In this document: piece by piece, positions 49,083 to 60,408 of the stretch
Layout: each line of letters starts with the position of its first letter
How positions within the stretch are numbered: position 1 is the stretch's first letter
Assembly (NCBI GenBank): GCA_965224245.1
Contig: OZ245046.1
Span: 4,448,001 to 4,512,000 of the forward strand
Direction of reading: 5' to 3'
DNA length: 64,000 nt
DNA from: Candidatus Eiseniibacteriota bacterium
Lineage (GTDB): Bacteria; Eisenbacteria; RBG-16-71-46; CAZAMP01
Notes under the pieces: generated by a model
The model's database searches: none
What the model saw: the letters and a program-made list of their open reading frames with translations, nothing else
Told to the model about the DNA's origin: nothing
Made by a program: the position numbers and the translations under genes

Positions 49083-49912
49083 CGAATCCTCGCAACCCCA
49101 CCGGCCGCCCGGAGGCGGCGCTGCCCGAGCACGTGTCGGCCAACCGCGCGTACTGGGACGAGATGGCGCACGAGTGGACCGAGCCGGGCCGCCGGGCCTG
49201 GTCCTCGGGCGAGCCGACCTGGGGGTGCTGGGACATCCCCGAGTGCGACGTCGAGATGCTCCCGCCCGACATGACCGGACTCGACGCGATCGAGCTGGGC
49301 TGCGGCACGGCCTACGTTTCGGCGTGGATGGCGAGGCGCGGCGCGCGCGTGGTCGGCATCGACAACTCCGAGCGGCAGCTCGACACCGCGCGGGCGCTGG
49401 CCGCCGAGCACGGGGTGAGCCTGACGCTCCTTCACGGCAATGCCGAGCACGTGCCGTATCCGGACGCGTCGTTCGACTTCGCGATCAGCGAGTACGGCGC
49501 GGCGATCTGGTGCGATCCGTACGTGTGGATCCCCGAGGCCCATCGGCTGCTGCGGCCGGGCGGAACCCTCGTGTTCCTCGGCACCGCCCCGCTCGCGATG
49601 GTCACGACGCCCGACAGCGGCGACGCGTGCGACACCGTGCTGCACCGGGACTACTTTGGCATGCACGCGCTGGACTTCCGCGAGGTCGAGATCGATCCCG
49701 GCGGCGTCGAGTTCAATCTGCCGGTCTCGGAGTGGTTCCGGCTCTTCCGGGAGACCGGGTTCGACGTGCTCGATTACCGCGAGCTCCGGGCCCCCGACTC
49801 GGCATCCGGGCTTCGCTTCGCGGTCGCCGCTGAGTGGGCCAAGCGCTGGCCGTCCGAGCAGGTGTGGAAGCTCCGGAAGCCGGCGGAGACCGCGTCTCGC
49901 TCGTCCGGGTGA
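49079..49912 (+). CDS. Class I SAM-dependent methyltransferase
   Basis: IELGCGTAY, GIDNSERQL, SFDFAISEYGA, RLLRPGG; GTGA overlap with the kinase stop. Confidence 0.9.
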   Translation: MTNPRNPTGRPEAALPEHVSANRAYWDEMAHEWTEPGRRAWSSGEPTWGCWDIPECDVEMLPPDMTGLDAIELGCGTAYVSAWMARRGARVVGIDNSERQLDTARALAAEHGVSLTLLHGNAEHVPYPDASFDFAISEYGAAIWCDPYVWIPEAHRLLRPGGTLVFLGTAPLAMVTTPDSGDACDTVLHRDYFGMHALDFREVEIDPGGVEFNLPVSEWFRLFRETGFDVLDYRELRAPDSASGLRFAVAAEWAKRWPSEQVWKLRKPAETASRSSG

Positions 49913-50061
49913 CGGCGTCGCGGTCGCCGACCCACGCAGACGTGCGGAGCGGCCAGGGAGGTGGCTCGTGCCTCGCGATCGGGGCACGCTCGGGACGGGA
50001 GGGGGCCGGGCGAGGATGCGGCGGGGCGACGCACGAGCGTCACCCCACCGCGTCGAGGTCG

Positions 50062-53000
50062 CTACTTCAGGACCACCATCTTCGTCGCGGCCGAGAACCC
50101 GGCCGACGTGGTCAGCCGTGCCCAGTAGACGCCGCTGGAGATGCGTTCACCGTCGTCGGTGAGACCGTCCCACTCGGCGGTGTACGCACCGACGGGATGC
50201 ACGCCGCTCACGAGCGTGCGAACGAGCCGCCCGGAGACGTCGTAGACGCCGAGCGTGACGAACGCCTCGGTGCCGACGGCGAACCGGACCCGCGTGCGCG
50301 GGTTGAACGGGTTCGGCGCGTTCTGGTAGAGCACCGTTCTCGCGATCGGCGTCGAGACGTCGTCCGCGCCCACGATGATGTGGTCGAACGGCTTCATCAC
50401 GTCCCCCGGGACCTCCATGAACTGGAAGACGTCCTGCATCCGCGTGAGAATCGCGTAGTCGGAGCATGGCTCCCCGTCCCCGGGCACCGATTCCGGGTCC
50501 CCGTCGCCGATCCAGCCCGGCGGCACCTGCCGCAGGAAGTGGAGCGAGAACGCGTCCACCACCGTCCGGTACCCGATGCTGGCCGGGGCCTGCTCGTTGG
50601 ACACGGCCGCGAACGGGGTCTGGATCTCGCCGGCGTCCTGATCCACGTAGATGAGGTCGCCGGCACCGTCGCCGGTCACTCCCAGCACGTCGAACCCCAG
50701 CAGGATGGGACAGCCGTTTCCCCGGAGACCATACGACGTTCCCGGCGGGGTCACGTCGCTGCCGGGGTCGGCGTCCAGCCGCACGCAGAACGACGAATCC
50801 GCCGGAAACGCGACCTCGCGATACGGCGTGCCGAACAGGAACGCACCGCAGAACTGATTCAAGAGCGCCTGGTTGAACGGTCGCGCCGGTCGGTCGAGGA
50901 TCGATGCGATTCCGTTGCCACTGAGCCAGAGTCCGCGGACGAAGTCCGACCCACCCGGACGCGCGACCGCCAGCCACGACGTGAGCAGGTTGGCGTCGCC
51001 GTTGCGGAGGCCCTCCACTCTATTCGTTCCGGTGTTGTAGAGCACCGTGCGGTAGATCAACGACTGGTACTTCGTCATGCCGTTGTCACCGGACGTCTCG
51101 CGCGCCATCGGGGCGGGGATGTTGGCGTTGGCGGCCAGGTAGTCGTATCGATCCCAGTTGTCGTGCACCACGCCGTCGGGGTCGGTTGACGTTCCCAGGA
51201 TCGTACGCAGCCCCTCGTCCTGGATCGGCTCCTGCGCACCCACGTTGTACGCGTCCACGTACAGCACGCACGACGAGAGGAACGGCTCATCGCCCGCCGG
51301 CGCCGTGCTGCCACCGGAGATGATCCCCGGCAGGAGGTCGAACTCCAGGAAGAACCCGCCGGTCGTGTCGGGGACGACCCGTGTGTCGAGCATTCCCATG
51401 TACCGGGAGGAGAAGAAGTACTCCACCGAGCTTCCGGGGGTCAGGACGCCGTCCGGGATGACCTTGAGCCCGTCCGACACGCGATAGGTCGCGTACACGC
51501 CCGACGTGGTGGTCTCGATGACCTCCACCTCCAGGAACGTCGGATCGACCCTGGCGTCGCCGGCCCCGCCCGCGGCCCCCCCGTTCGGGACCAGGACCTC
51601 GTTGACCCCGTCCGACGTCATCGCCGGTCCCGGGTACAGGCGGAAGTTCATGAACACCTGCGGCGTGGGTCCCGGGGCCAGTCCGCTCTCGGAGATGACG
51701 GTCGCCGAGTCGCCCATGTTCGCGTTCGTCTGATCCCCATCGGCGCGGTTGTTGTCGTAGAAGGAGTAGACGTCGCAGGCCGCGGTCGGGAGCAACGAGT
51801 TCTCGGCCGGGTAGGCGTCCTGGTACAGGAGCTCCAGCGACAGCTGAGGCGCGTCGATCGCATCGCCCGCCAGAGCGAACGTGATGTTGTCCCAGTACGG
51901 CGACTGGTTGGTCTGATCGGGTCCGGTGCAGTCCGCGGTGCCGAAGTCGTCGCAGTCCCCGAGGAGCTCGAACACGATCCGCAGGGAGTCCACGCCGTTC
52001 GCGTGTGCGCTCGTCATGAACTCGGAGTTGTCGACACGCAGCGTCGCGCACCTCGAACCCCCGAGCGTCTGGAAGATGTAGCCCCCGTCCCCGGCCGGCT
52101 CGATCGTCCAGCCCACCTGGTCGGTCTCCGGGCACGTCCACGGCCAGTAGTCCATCAGCGCGCGATAGCCGACGCCGTTGGATACCGGGAGATCCTCCCA
52201 GACGTCCCACTCGATGAGGTACACCGGACGGTCGTCGTCCGGTCCGTCGATGTACGCGGGGTTCGATCCGATGAGCTCGTGCTGCTTCTGGGGATGCGGG
52301 AACCCGCCGCTGATCGACCCGTCCCAGTCCGAGGCGATCATGACGTAGTCGTTGTCCGGGTCCTGTGTGATCGGACACACGCACGGGTCGGGAATGGGAT
52401 CGAGATCGCCGAGCGCCACGACCTGTAGGTACGTGCCGATCGCCGGATCGGTGTCGAACTCCCAGCCCTCGGCGTCGATCTCGAAGTCGTCCGCGTCGGA
52501 GAGCCCGACGCCGTTGATGACGAAGTCGTCCATCCCGAACGGGCCGAAGTACGAGTTCAGGAACCCGGAGAACGAGTCGAGGCCGTCGGAGTACAGCGGG
52601 TCGGAATCGAAGTTGAAGATGATCTGGAACGGCTCCCCGGCCCCCGGCGGCAGAAGCGAGACGTCGATCACGATGATGTCGGTGGCCGGTGACGTCGGCG
52701 ATCCGATGGCCGTGCCTTCCTCGTTCGCTCCCGAGTAGCCCCAGCCCTCAGGCGTGGACCACGCCGAGCCGTTCAGGGGCGGGGAACGCACGCCGGCCAC
52801 GTCCGTGTACACGTAGGTGTAGTCGAATTGCGTCTCGCAATCGGTGAAGTAGTCGAACTGGATCGTGACGGTCGAGCTCCCGCCGTACAGGAAGGTCTTC
52901 CGTGCGCTCACCCCCCAGCCGTTGTCATAGCCCAGTCCGCCCGGCCAGCAGCCGGCCGCGGCCTCCTCGTCGTTGGCGCCGGCCCAGAGCGAGCCCACGC

Positions 53001-53391
53001 CGTTCATGACCGGAATCGTGGTCGCCCCGGAGAAGTCGGCCGCCGTGATGCGCCGGAAGTACGTGTCTCCTCCGACCGACGGATCGCCGGGCGGGTCGGC
53101 CTGGCCGACGTCGGTCAGATCCCTGGAGGACCAGCCCTGGAGCGTGCCGTCCTCGAAGTCCCAGATGCCGCCGTCGAAGGCCAGTCCATCGACCCCCTCG
53201 CCTCCGAAGAGCACCGTGTCGGCGGTTCCGCGCGCGACAGCGGACGCCGTCACCGGCGGGGCGTCGAGCGCCGCCCGCTCGTCGCCGACCGGCAGAACCT
53301 GCCGGATCTCGAGCTTGCCGCCCGCGAGCACCGTCGTGGTCAAGCCGGCGACGGCCAGGGAGGCGAGCAGCAGTGTGCGTATCGTACTCAT
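50062..53391 (-). CDS. Large secreted acidic protein with C-terminal FlgD-Ig/T9SS-CTD-like domain (paralogue of 39242..42430)
   Basis: GAGGAG RBS; signal MSTIRTLLLASLAVAGLTTTVLA; colinear with the paralogue; C-terminal QNAPNPFNPRT...WDG...SGVYWARL...KMVVLK. Confidence 0.85.
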   Translation of the reverse strand: MSTIRTLLLASLAVAGLTTTVLAGGKLEIRQVLPVGDERAALDAPPVTASAVARGTADTVLFGGEGVDGLAFDGGIWDFEDGTLQGWSSRDLTDVGQADPPGDPSVGGDTYFRRITAADFSGATTIPVMNGVGSLWAGANDEEAAAGCWPGGLGYDNGWGVSARKTFLYGGSSTVTIQFDYFTDCETQFDYTYVYTDVAGVRSPPLNGSAWSTPEGWGYSGANEEGTAIGSPTSPATDIIVIDVSLLPPGAGEPFQIIFNFDSDPLYSDGLDSFSGFLNSYFGPFGMDDFVINGVGLSDADDFEIDAEGWEFDTDPAIGTYLQVVALGDLDPIPDPCVCPITQDPDNDYVMIASDWDGSISGGFPHPQKQHELIGSNPAYIDGPDDDRPVYLIEWDVWEDLPVSNGVGYRALMDYWPWTCPETDQVGWTIEPAGDGGYIFQTLGGSRCATLRVDNSEFMTSAHANGVDSLRIVFELLGDCDDFGTADCTGPDQTNQSPYWDNITFALAGDAIDAPQLSLELLYQDAYPAENSLLPTAACDVYSFYDNNRADGDQTNANMGDSATVISESGLAPGPTPQVFMNFRLYPGPAMTSDGVNEVLVPNGGAAGGAGDARVDPTFLEVEVIETTTSGVYATYRVSDGLKVIPDGVLTPGSSVEYFFSSRYMGMLDTRVVPDTTGGFFLEFDLLPGIISGGSTAPAGDEPFLSSCVLYVDAYNVGAQEPIQDEGLRTILGTSTDPDGVVHDNWDRYDYLAANANIPAPMARETSGDNGMTKYQSLIYRTVLYNTGTNRVEGLRNGDANLLTSWLAVARPGGSDFVRGLWLSGNGIASILDRPARPFNQALLNQFCGAFLFGTPYREVAFPADSSFCVRLDADPGSDVTPPGTSYGLRGNGCPILLGFDVLGVTGDGAGDLIYVDQDAGEIQTPFAAVSNEQAPASIGYRTVVDAFSLHFLRQVPPGWIGDGDPESVPGDGEPCSDYAILTRMQDVFQFMEVPGDVMKPFDHIIVGADDVSTPIARTVLYQNAPNPFNPRTRVRFAVGTEAFVTLGVYDVSGRLVRTLVSGVHPVGAYTAEWDGLTDDGERISSGVYWARLTTSAGFSAATKMVVLK

Positions 53392-53902
53392 CGCGTTCTC
53401 CTCGCGTTGTGCTCGATCCGTGAAACGCCACGGGGCGGCGAGTGCCGACGGGCGGCGCGATGCCCAGATCCGGATGCCGATCCTCGGGATGCCGACGAGG
53501 ACGGACGGCGGCGGAGCGTCGAGGCGGGTCGATGCGCGCTTTCGGACCGACGCGAACGCCGGTCGAGTCGTCCCGACATCACGACGCCTCCACCTGACGA
53601 GCTGGCGGGCAGGAGGGACGGGGAGGACGCCCCGGGCTGACAGCGGTTTTGGGAGGATCTCGGTTTCCTGGCATTTTATCCGACGCGCGCGGAGATCGTC
53701 AATGTGGTGCGCCGCGATCCGCCGCTCCCGAGCGTGTCGTGGATGAACGACGCCACCGGTGCCGGACGGCTTGGCAGGTCGCCTCCGGACGCGCGACAAT
53801 GGGCGGCAGGCGCGCCGGTGCGACGGCGCTCAGGCGGACGTCCGCGGGACACCCGGGGCGATCGCGCCTCGACACCGCTACAACCCTTCTCGGAGGTCGC
53901 AG

Positions 53903-55270
<1,368 letters not shown>

Positions 55271-55343
55271 TGCGCCGTCGCGGCCGGGCACCGGCGCTCG
55301 CGGCACCCTGGCCCGGAGAGGCTCCACGAGCGCTTCCGCTGCG

Positions 55344-55664
55344 CTACGGGCGCCGCCGGAGCACCTGCATCAGAACGAAGAGCCAGACGTAGCAGATGAG
55401 GAGACCCCACGCCTCGCGGGCCAGCTCGGAGTCGATGCTCCAGCGATCCACGTTCAGGATCGAGATGACCGTCACGACCCCGATCAGCATCGTGCCCCAG
55501 GCGAACGCACGGCCCAGGCGTTCGGCGAAGATCGTGAGCAATGCCGTTCCCAGGTAGTAGGCGATCCACACCGGGGAGTCCGGGTCGTTCAGCTGGACGG
55601 CCGCCGCGACGACGAAGAGACCGACCATGACCCATCGGAGAGCCATGAACCACGGGATGCGCAT
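55344..55664 (-). CDS. TMEM220-like small membrane protein
   Basis: AAVQLNDPDSPVWIAYY and ELAREAWGLLI motifs. Confidence 0.7.
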   Translation of the reverse strand: MRIPWFMALRWVMVGLFVVAAAVQLNDPDSPVWIAYYLGTALLTIFAERLGRAFAWGTMLIGVVTVISILNVDRWSIDSELAREAWGLLICYVWLFVLMQVLRRRP

Positions 55665-55763
55665 CGGAGACTCCATCGACGTGAGACGGGCGCGATCGAC
55701 GAGGCCACGACGGTACCAGCGACGGCCGCTCCAGGGGAAGCGCGCGAGATCGGGCACCGACGC

Positions 55764-56444
55764 ATGAACGAGGAATCGCTCTCACTCCACGTCTCGGAGC
55801 CTCCGCGGCAGGTGTCGGCGCTGGAGACCCGCCCTCCGTCGGCCCGGTGGGGGCTGGTCCTCGCGCACGGAGCCGGCGCCGGAATGCAACATGCCTTCAT
55901 GGCGGCGTTGACGGCGCGTCTCGTCGATCGCGGAACGGCCGTGCTCCGCTACCAGTTCCCCTACATGGAGGACGGTCGCCGGCGGCCCGACCCTCCCGCC
56001 CGGCTGATCGACACGGTACGCGGCGCCGTCTCGCTCGCCCGTGAGCGCTTTGCCGGTCTCCCGCTGTTCGCCGGAGGCAAGTCGATGGGCGGCCGGATGA
56101 CGTCCCGGGCCGAGGCGGACCAGCGCCTGCCCGGCGTGTGCGGGCTCGTGTTCGTCGGGTTTCCGCTGCACCCGGCGGACCGCCCCGGCATCGAGCGGGC
56201 CGAGCACCTGTCGCGCGTGGCGGTGCCGACGCTGTTTCTTCAGGGGACGCGCGACAAGCTCGCGTACCTGGATCTCGTGCGGAGCGTCACCGGCGATCTC
56301 GACGGAGCCGAGGTGCACGTGGTGGACGGCGCCGATCACGGCTTCCACGTGCTGAAGCGATCGGGCCGCACCGACGACGACGTGCTCGACGAGCTGGCCG
56401 ACGTCACCGTGGCGTGGATGAGCGCCGTCGCGATCGCTCAGTAG
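55764..56444 (+). CDS. Alpha/beta hydrolase (KANL3/Tex30-like)
   Basis: LAHGAGAGM, GGKSMGGR (GxSxG), GFPLHP, LQGTRD, GADHGF. Confidence 0.88.
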   Translation: MNEESLSLHVSEPPRQVSALETRPPSARWGLVLAHGAGAGMQHAFMAALTARLVDRGTAVLRYQFPYMEDGRRRPDPPARLIDTVRGAVSLARERFAGLPLFAGGKSMGGRMTSRAEADQRLPGVCGLVFVGFPLHPADRPGIERAEHLSRVAVPTLFLQGTRDKLAYLDLVRSVTGDLDGAEVHVVDGADHGFHVLKRSGRTDDDVLDELADVTVAWMSAVAIAQ

Positions 56445-56641
56445 TGCGGGGGCGGTGGCTCGTCTCGCGGATCGGGGCGCTCGCCCAGGTCTTCCCCCGC
56501 CACGAGCCCGGCGAGGCGGACCAGCTCGGCGCGCAGCGCGTCGAGGGTGCGCTGCTGATCCACGAGCACCTCGTGAAGTGCCCGGATCGTCTCCGCCTGC
56601 TGGGCGAGCTGGATCTCGATCTCGGTGAGGCGTTCTTCCAC
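56438..56641 (-). CDS. slyX: SlyX family protein
   Basis: MEERLTEIEIQLAQQAETI...DEPPPPHY (PPHY terminus). Confidence 0.88.
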   Translation of the reverse strand: MEERLTEIEIQLAQQAETIRALHEVLVDQQRTLDALRAELVRLAGLVAGEDLGERPDPRDEPPPPHY

Positions 56642-56785
56642 CGATCGCGTCCTCCGTCGCCTGATCCCCTCGGACGCCGGCCGTCCGTGCAGTGGGTCTG
56701 ACCCTAACCCGTCCGAGATCGGATCGACAACGGCAACCGCGCCGGCGCGGCGAGCACACCCCCTCGTCCGTCTACGGGACGACGG

Positions 56786-57322
56786 CTACCCGAGGACGAC
56801 GCGCCACGCCGAGCGGTCCAGCACCTCGCGGTGGACCGTGGCCGTGCGCGGCTCGACGGGGGCCGGATCCCGCCGGATCGCGTCGACCAGCGCCGCCGGA
56901 TCGTCGGCGATCCCGGTCATCATGGCGAGGAACGCGCGATACTGATCGAAGCCCACCGAGTGAAGACGGATCGACGCGTGATCACCGGCGATCTCGTCGA
57001 TCGAGCCACGAAGCTCGATCACGGGCACATCACCGCGTCCCGTGGGGATCGAGAGCCGGATCGGGTCCCCGGCGCGGAGATCGAGCCCCGACGACGGTCG
57101 AACCGCGGCGCCACGGAGGCCGAGCCGCTCGAGCGCCACGTCGATCGACGACGGGCTCGGGGACCCGTCCCGGACGAGGACGGCGGACGCGTGGGTCGGG
57201 AACACGAGATCGCGGGGATCACCGATGGCAACGCTGGAGACGGTCATCGAGAGGTCACTTTCGTGAATGTGGGTGCCGGCGGCAGGAGGTGCGCCGTGAG
57301 TCATGAGGCCGGTATCGGCCAC
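56786..57322 (-). CDS. Hypothetical protein, possible degenerate PilZ-like barrel
   Basis: LRAGDPIRLSIP...IELRGSIDEI..DHASIRL resembles the second half of a PilZ barrel; no RxxxR or DxSxxG motif; start uncertain. Confidence 0.4.
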   Translation of the reverse strand: MADTGLMTHGAPPAAGTHIHESDLSMTVSSVAIGDPRDLVFPTHASAVLVRDGSPSPSSIDVALERLGLRGAAVRPSSGLDLRAGDPIRLSIPTGRGDVPVIELRGSIDEIAGDHASIRLHSVGFDQYRAFLAMMTGIADDPAALVDAIRRDPAPVEPRTATVHREVLDRSAWRVVLG

Positions 57323-57403
57323 CTGGCCGGTATCTTGAGCGCCTGCGTGGCGATCGGAAGACCGTCGGCGGTGATCGGGCGACCGGCCGCCGACGCTACT
57401 GGA

Positions 57404-58690
57404 TCAGCGCCAGCTGATCGCGTGCCAGGACTTCTTGCCGCGCCTCAGAAGCAGAATGCGTCCGTGCAGGAGATCGTCGGTGGTGATCCGCCGATCGGCG
57501 TCGGCCTTCTCGCCGTTCACGAACACGGCGCCGTTGGCGAGGAACTCGCGCGCCTGCCTCTTGGACGGCGCGAGCGTCGTCTCGGCCAGCACGTCCACCA
57601 GAGACGCGCCGTCACCGGAGAGCTCGGCGGCGTCGTGGGTCGAGTGCGGAACGTCGGCAAACACGTCGGCCAGCATCTCGGCGTCCAGCGCCCGCACGTC
57701 CCCGTGTCCGAACAGCGCGGCCGACGCGGCCTCGGCCCGCGCGAGCTCCTCGGCACCGTGGATGAGCGTGGTCATCTCGCGCGCGAGGGCCTGCTGCGCG
57801 ACGCGGAGGTGCGGCGTCTCGGCGTGTCGGGCCTCGATGGCGGCGATCTCGTCCTGGTCGAGGAACGTGAACCACTTCAACAGACGAACGACGTCGGCGT
57901 CCGCCACGTTGATCCAGTACTGGTAGAACCGATACGGGCTCGTGCGATCCGGCGTGAGCCAGACCGCTCCTCCCTCGGTCTTGCCGATCTTCTTCCCCTC
58001 GCTGTCCAGCAGCAACGACGACGTGATGCCGTACGCGACACCCTTCTCCCCGCCGTCGCGGCGAATGAGATCCATTCCGGCCACGATGTTGCCGTACTGA
58101 TCGGAGCCGGCCACCTGCACCGTGCAGTTCATCGTCCTGAACAGGTGCAGGAAGTCATACGCCTGCAGGATCATGTAGCTGAACTCGGTGTAGCTGATGC
58201 CCTGGTCGCGGTTGTGCAGCCGATCGCGCACCGAGTCCTTCTGGATCATCACGTTGACCGAGAAGTGCTTTCCCACGTCCCGGAGCATGTCGATGAAGCT
58301 GATCCGATCCAGCCAGTCGATGTTGTTGACCATGATCGCGGCGTTGGGGTTCTTCGGATCGAAGTCGAGGCACTTCTCGAAGATCCGCATCTGACCGGCG
58401 ACGTTGATCTCGACCTGATCCCGGCCCATGAGCTGTCGCTCGGCGTCCTTGCCGGACGGATCTCCGATGAGCCCGGTGCCGCCACCCATGACCACAATCG
58501 GCTTGTGGCCCGCCCGCTGCCAGTGCATCAGCACCTTGATGGCGATGAAGTTGCCGATCGTGAGGCTCTCCCGGGTGGGGTCGAATCCGCAGTACGCGAC
58601 CCGACTGCCCGACGCCAGGTGCTCGGCGACATCCGCGCCCGCCGTCTGGTGGAGCATTCCGCGCCACTCCAGTTCCTCGAGAAAGCCCAT
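57404..58690 (-). CDS. tyrS: Tyrosine--tRNA ligase
   Basis: YCGFDPT..SLTIGN (HIGH-like), GISYTEFSYMILQAYDF, GSDQYGNI, KKIGKT (KMSKS-like), S4 tail LRRGKK. Confidence 0.96.
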   Translation of the reverse strand: MGFLEELEWRGMLHQTAGADVAEHLASGSRVAYCGFDPTRESLTIGNFIAIKVLMHWQRAGHKPIVVMGGGTGLIGDPSGKDAERQLMGRDQVEINVAGQMRIFEKCLDFDPKNPNAAIMVNNIDWLDRISFIDMLRDVGKHFSVNVMIQKDSVRDRLHNRDQGISYTEFSYMILQAYDFLHLFRTMNCTVQVAGSDQYGNIVAGMDLIRRDGGEKGVAYGITSSLLLDSEGKKIGKTEGGAVWLTPDRTSPYRFYQYWINVADADVVRLLKWFTFLDQDEIAAIEARHAETPHLRVAQQALAREMTTLIHGAEELARAEAASAALFGHGDVRALDAEMLADVFADVPHSTHDAAELSGDGASLVDVLAETTLAPSKRQAREFLANGAVFVNGEKADADRRITTDDLLHGRILLLRRGKKSWHAISWR

Positions 58691-58827
58691 GCCCATCCTC
58701 TTCGGCCGATCCGTCGGGACGGCGATCGCAACCCGTCTGGCGCGCGCTTGTCCCGGAGAGGCGACATGGTACGGAGCGGGCCCAGACAAGGCAACCGCCT
58801 GGAGACCGGGCGTGGGGGATGGCGGAG

Positions 58828-60408
58828 TCAGTCTCGCTTCACGCGAAGGGTCATCGTCGCGTGTGGATCGAGGTGGGTGGCGCCGAGCTGCATGGTGCCG
58901 GTCGCATCGAAGTTGCGGTTCGTCGTGGCGCCGTAGGCCTCGATCACGAGCATCGCCGCCACCACGACCCCGGCCAGCGTTCGCGCGCGCGGGGCCCGGG
59001 GCCACCGGGCGGAGATCCGGGATCCCACCGCCACGAGCGTGGCCGCCAGCGCCGACGACCACAGCGGTACCAGCACCGCGGACGCGCGCGCGTAGCCCCA
59101 GAACGCGGCCACCACGATCATCGTACACGCGGTCGGAACGAGCACGACGAGCGCCCAGCGACGACCGAGACCCGGCCGGCGAAGCCACCCCACGACACCG
59201 ATCAGGATCAGGGGAACGCTCACCCACATCCCGATCGCGCGGAAAGGAACGAACATGTCGATCGGACGCCGGATCCCGTCCAGACCCCCGGGCCAGTCCC
59301 ACTGCGTCCAGCCCAGACGGAGTACGTCGAGCGTCAGGCGCCACTTCGCGGCCACGAGGGCCAGGAACGCCGCCGGGTCGGACCTGACGAACGCCCACGC
59401 ACGCTCGTGTCCGTGAAGAACCGCGTCCAGGTGATCGGCGTTCCGGAGATTCAGCGTCGCGGCGCCTCCGCTGGTGGCGAGCAGCGATCGCGAGAACGTG
59501 CCGTCGGCCCCGGCATGGTTGGCCAGCGCCAGGTTCAGCGGGCCGTATATCGTGATCGGAACGAGCGTGGGCAGCGGCTCGGCCAGCCGAGGTCCGAGCA
59601 TGCGATTGACCTCGTCGAGGCGCGTGTGGTTCCGGATCGTCCACGGTGCGATCGCGCACGCGGCCGTGACGAGTGCGAGGACCCACGGCAGGAGCCGGCG
59701 TCGCGGGGGAGCGTGCATCGCGCGGGCGGGTCCGCCGGCATCGATCGTGCGGCCCGCGCCGATCGCGCCGACCGTGCCGATCGTGATCATGGCGGCTCCG
59801 ACGAGAGCCGCCTCCGCGCGCACGAGCGCCATCAGACCGACGACGCCCCCGAGCGCGGCGCCCCACGCAGGGGCGTGGCGGCGCGGCTCGTCGGTCGCCG
59901 CCAGCGGGTGGGAGAGGCGCGTCGTCCAGATGGTCAGCGCGAGCATCAGCAACGTCGTGTAGAGGCCCTCGGTGACCGGCGCCACCGAGATGACCGCGTG
60001 TCCGAAGCTGTACGTGACCAGGAGCACCGTCACCCACGCCGTGGTCCGTCCCAGGTAGGCGCGCACGATCACGTGGACGAGGCCCACCGCCACCGACGAG
60101 ATCAGCGCCAGCAACACCTTGACCACCAGGTGCGAGACCTCGGTCGCCGGTGTCCCTGCACCGTCGCCGATCAGCGCGTGGAGCCCGGCGAGCACCACCG
60201 CGAAGCCCGGCGGGTGAAAGGGTACGCCCCCGTCGTACGGGACCCCGGCCAGGATGCTGCGGGCGTAGTCGAAGAAGATCTCGGAGTCGCCCTCGTAGAA
60301 GATCGAGAACCCCCACGCGCGATCACGATTGGACGCGAGGAAGAGCAGGCGGTGGAGCCACGCGAGAAGGATCGAGAGAAGGACGTCCCGGCGAACCGAC
60401 GAACGCAT
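58828..60408 (-). CDS. GT-C superfamily (ArnT/GT39-like) membrane glycosyltransferase
   Basis: EGDSEIFFDYARSI...FHPPGF luminal loop, TEGLY, ALVRAE, PWTIRN; many TM helices. Confidence 0.7.
   Translation of the reverse strand: MRSSVRRDVLLSILLAWLHRLLFLASNRDRAWGFSIFYEGDSEIFFDYARSILAGVPYDGGVPFHPPGFAVVLAGLHALIGDGAGTPATEVSHLVVKVLLALISSVAVGLVHVIVRAYLGRTTAWVTVLLVTYSFGHAVISVAPVTEGLYTTLLMLALTIWTTRLSHPLAATDEPRRHAPAWGAALGGVVGLMALVRAEAALVGAAMITIGTVGAIGAGRTIDAGGPARAMHAPPRRRLLPWVLALVTAACAIAPWTIRNHTRLDEVNRMLGPRLAEPLPTLVPITIYGPLNLALANHAGADGTFSRSLLATSGGAATLNLRNADHLDAVLHGHERAWAFVRSDPAAFLALVAAKWRLTLDVLRLGWTQWDWPGGLDGIRRPIDMFVPFRAIGMWVSVPLILIGVVGWLRRPGLGRRWALVVLVPTACTMIVVAAFWGYARASAVLVPLWSSALAATLVAVGSRISARWPRAPRARTLAGVVVAAMLVIEAYGATTNRNFDATGTMQLGATHLDPHATMTLRVKRD

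Noticed and set aside
53700-53900. Possible SAH/SAM riboswitch upstream of cbs (GACGGCGCTCA resembles the SAH 3' end)
   Set aside because: The 5' GAGGAGCG...CAGGCTCGG core is not present; an Infernal/Rfam scan would be needed to revive it.
57404-60316. 970-aa ORF suggesting a TyrS fusion
   Set aside because: The upstream part is an off-frame read of the GT-C gene; TyrS starts at about 58690 behind AAGAGG.
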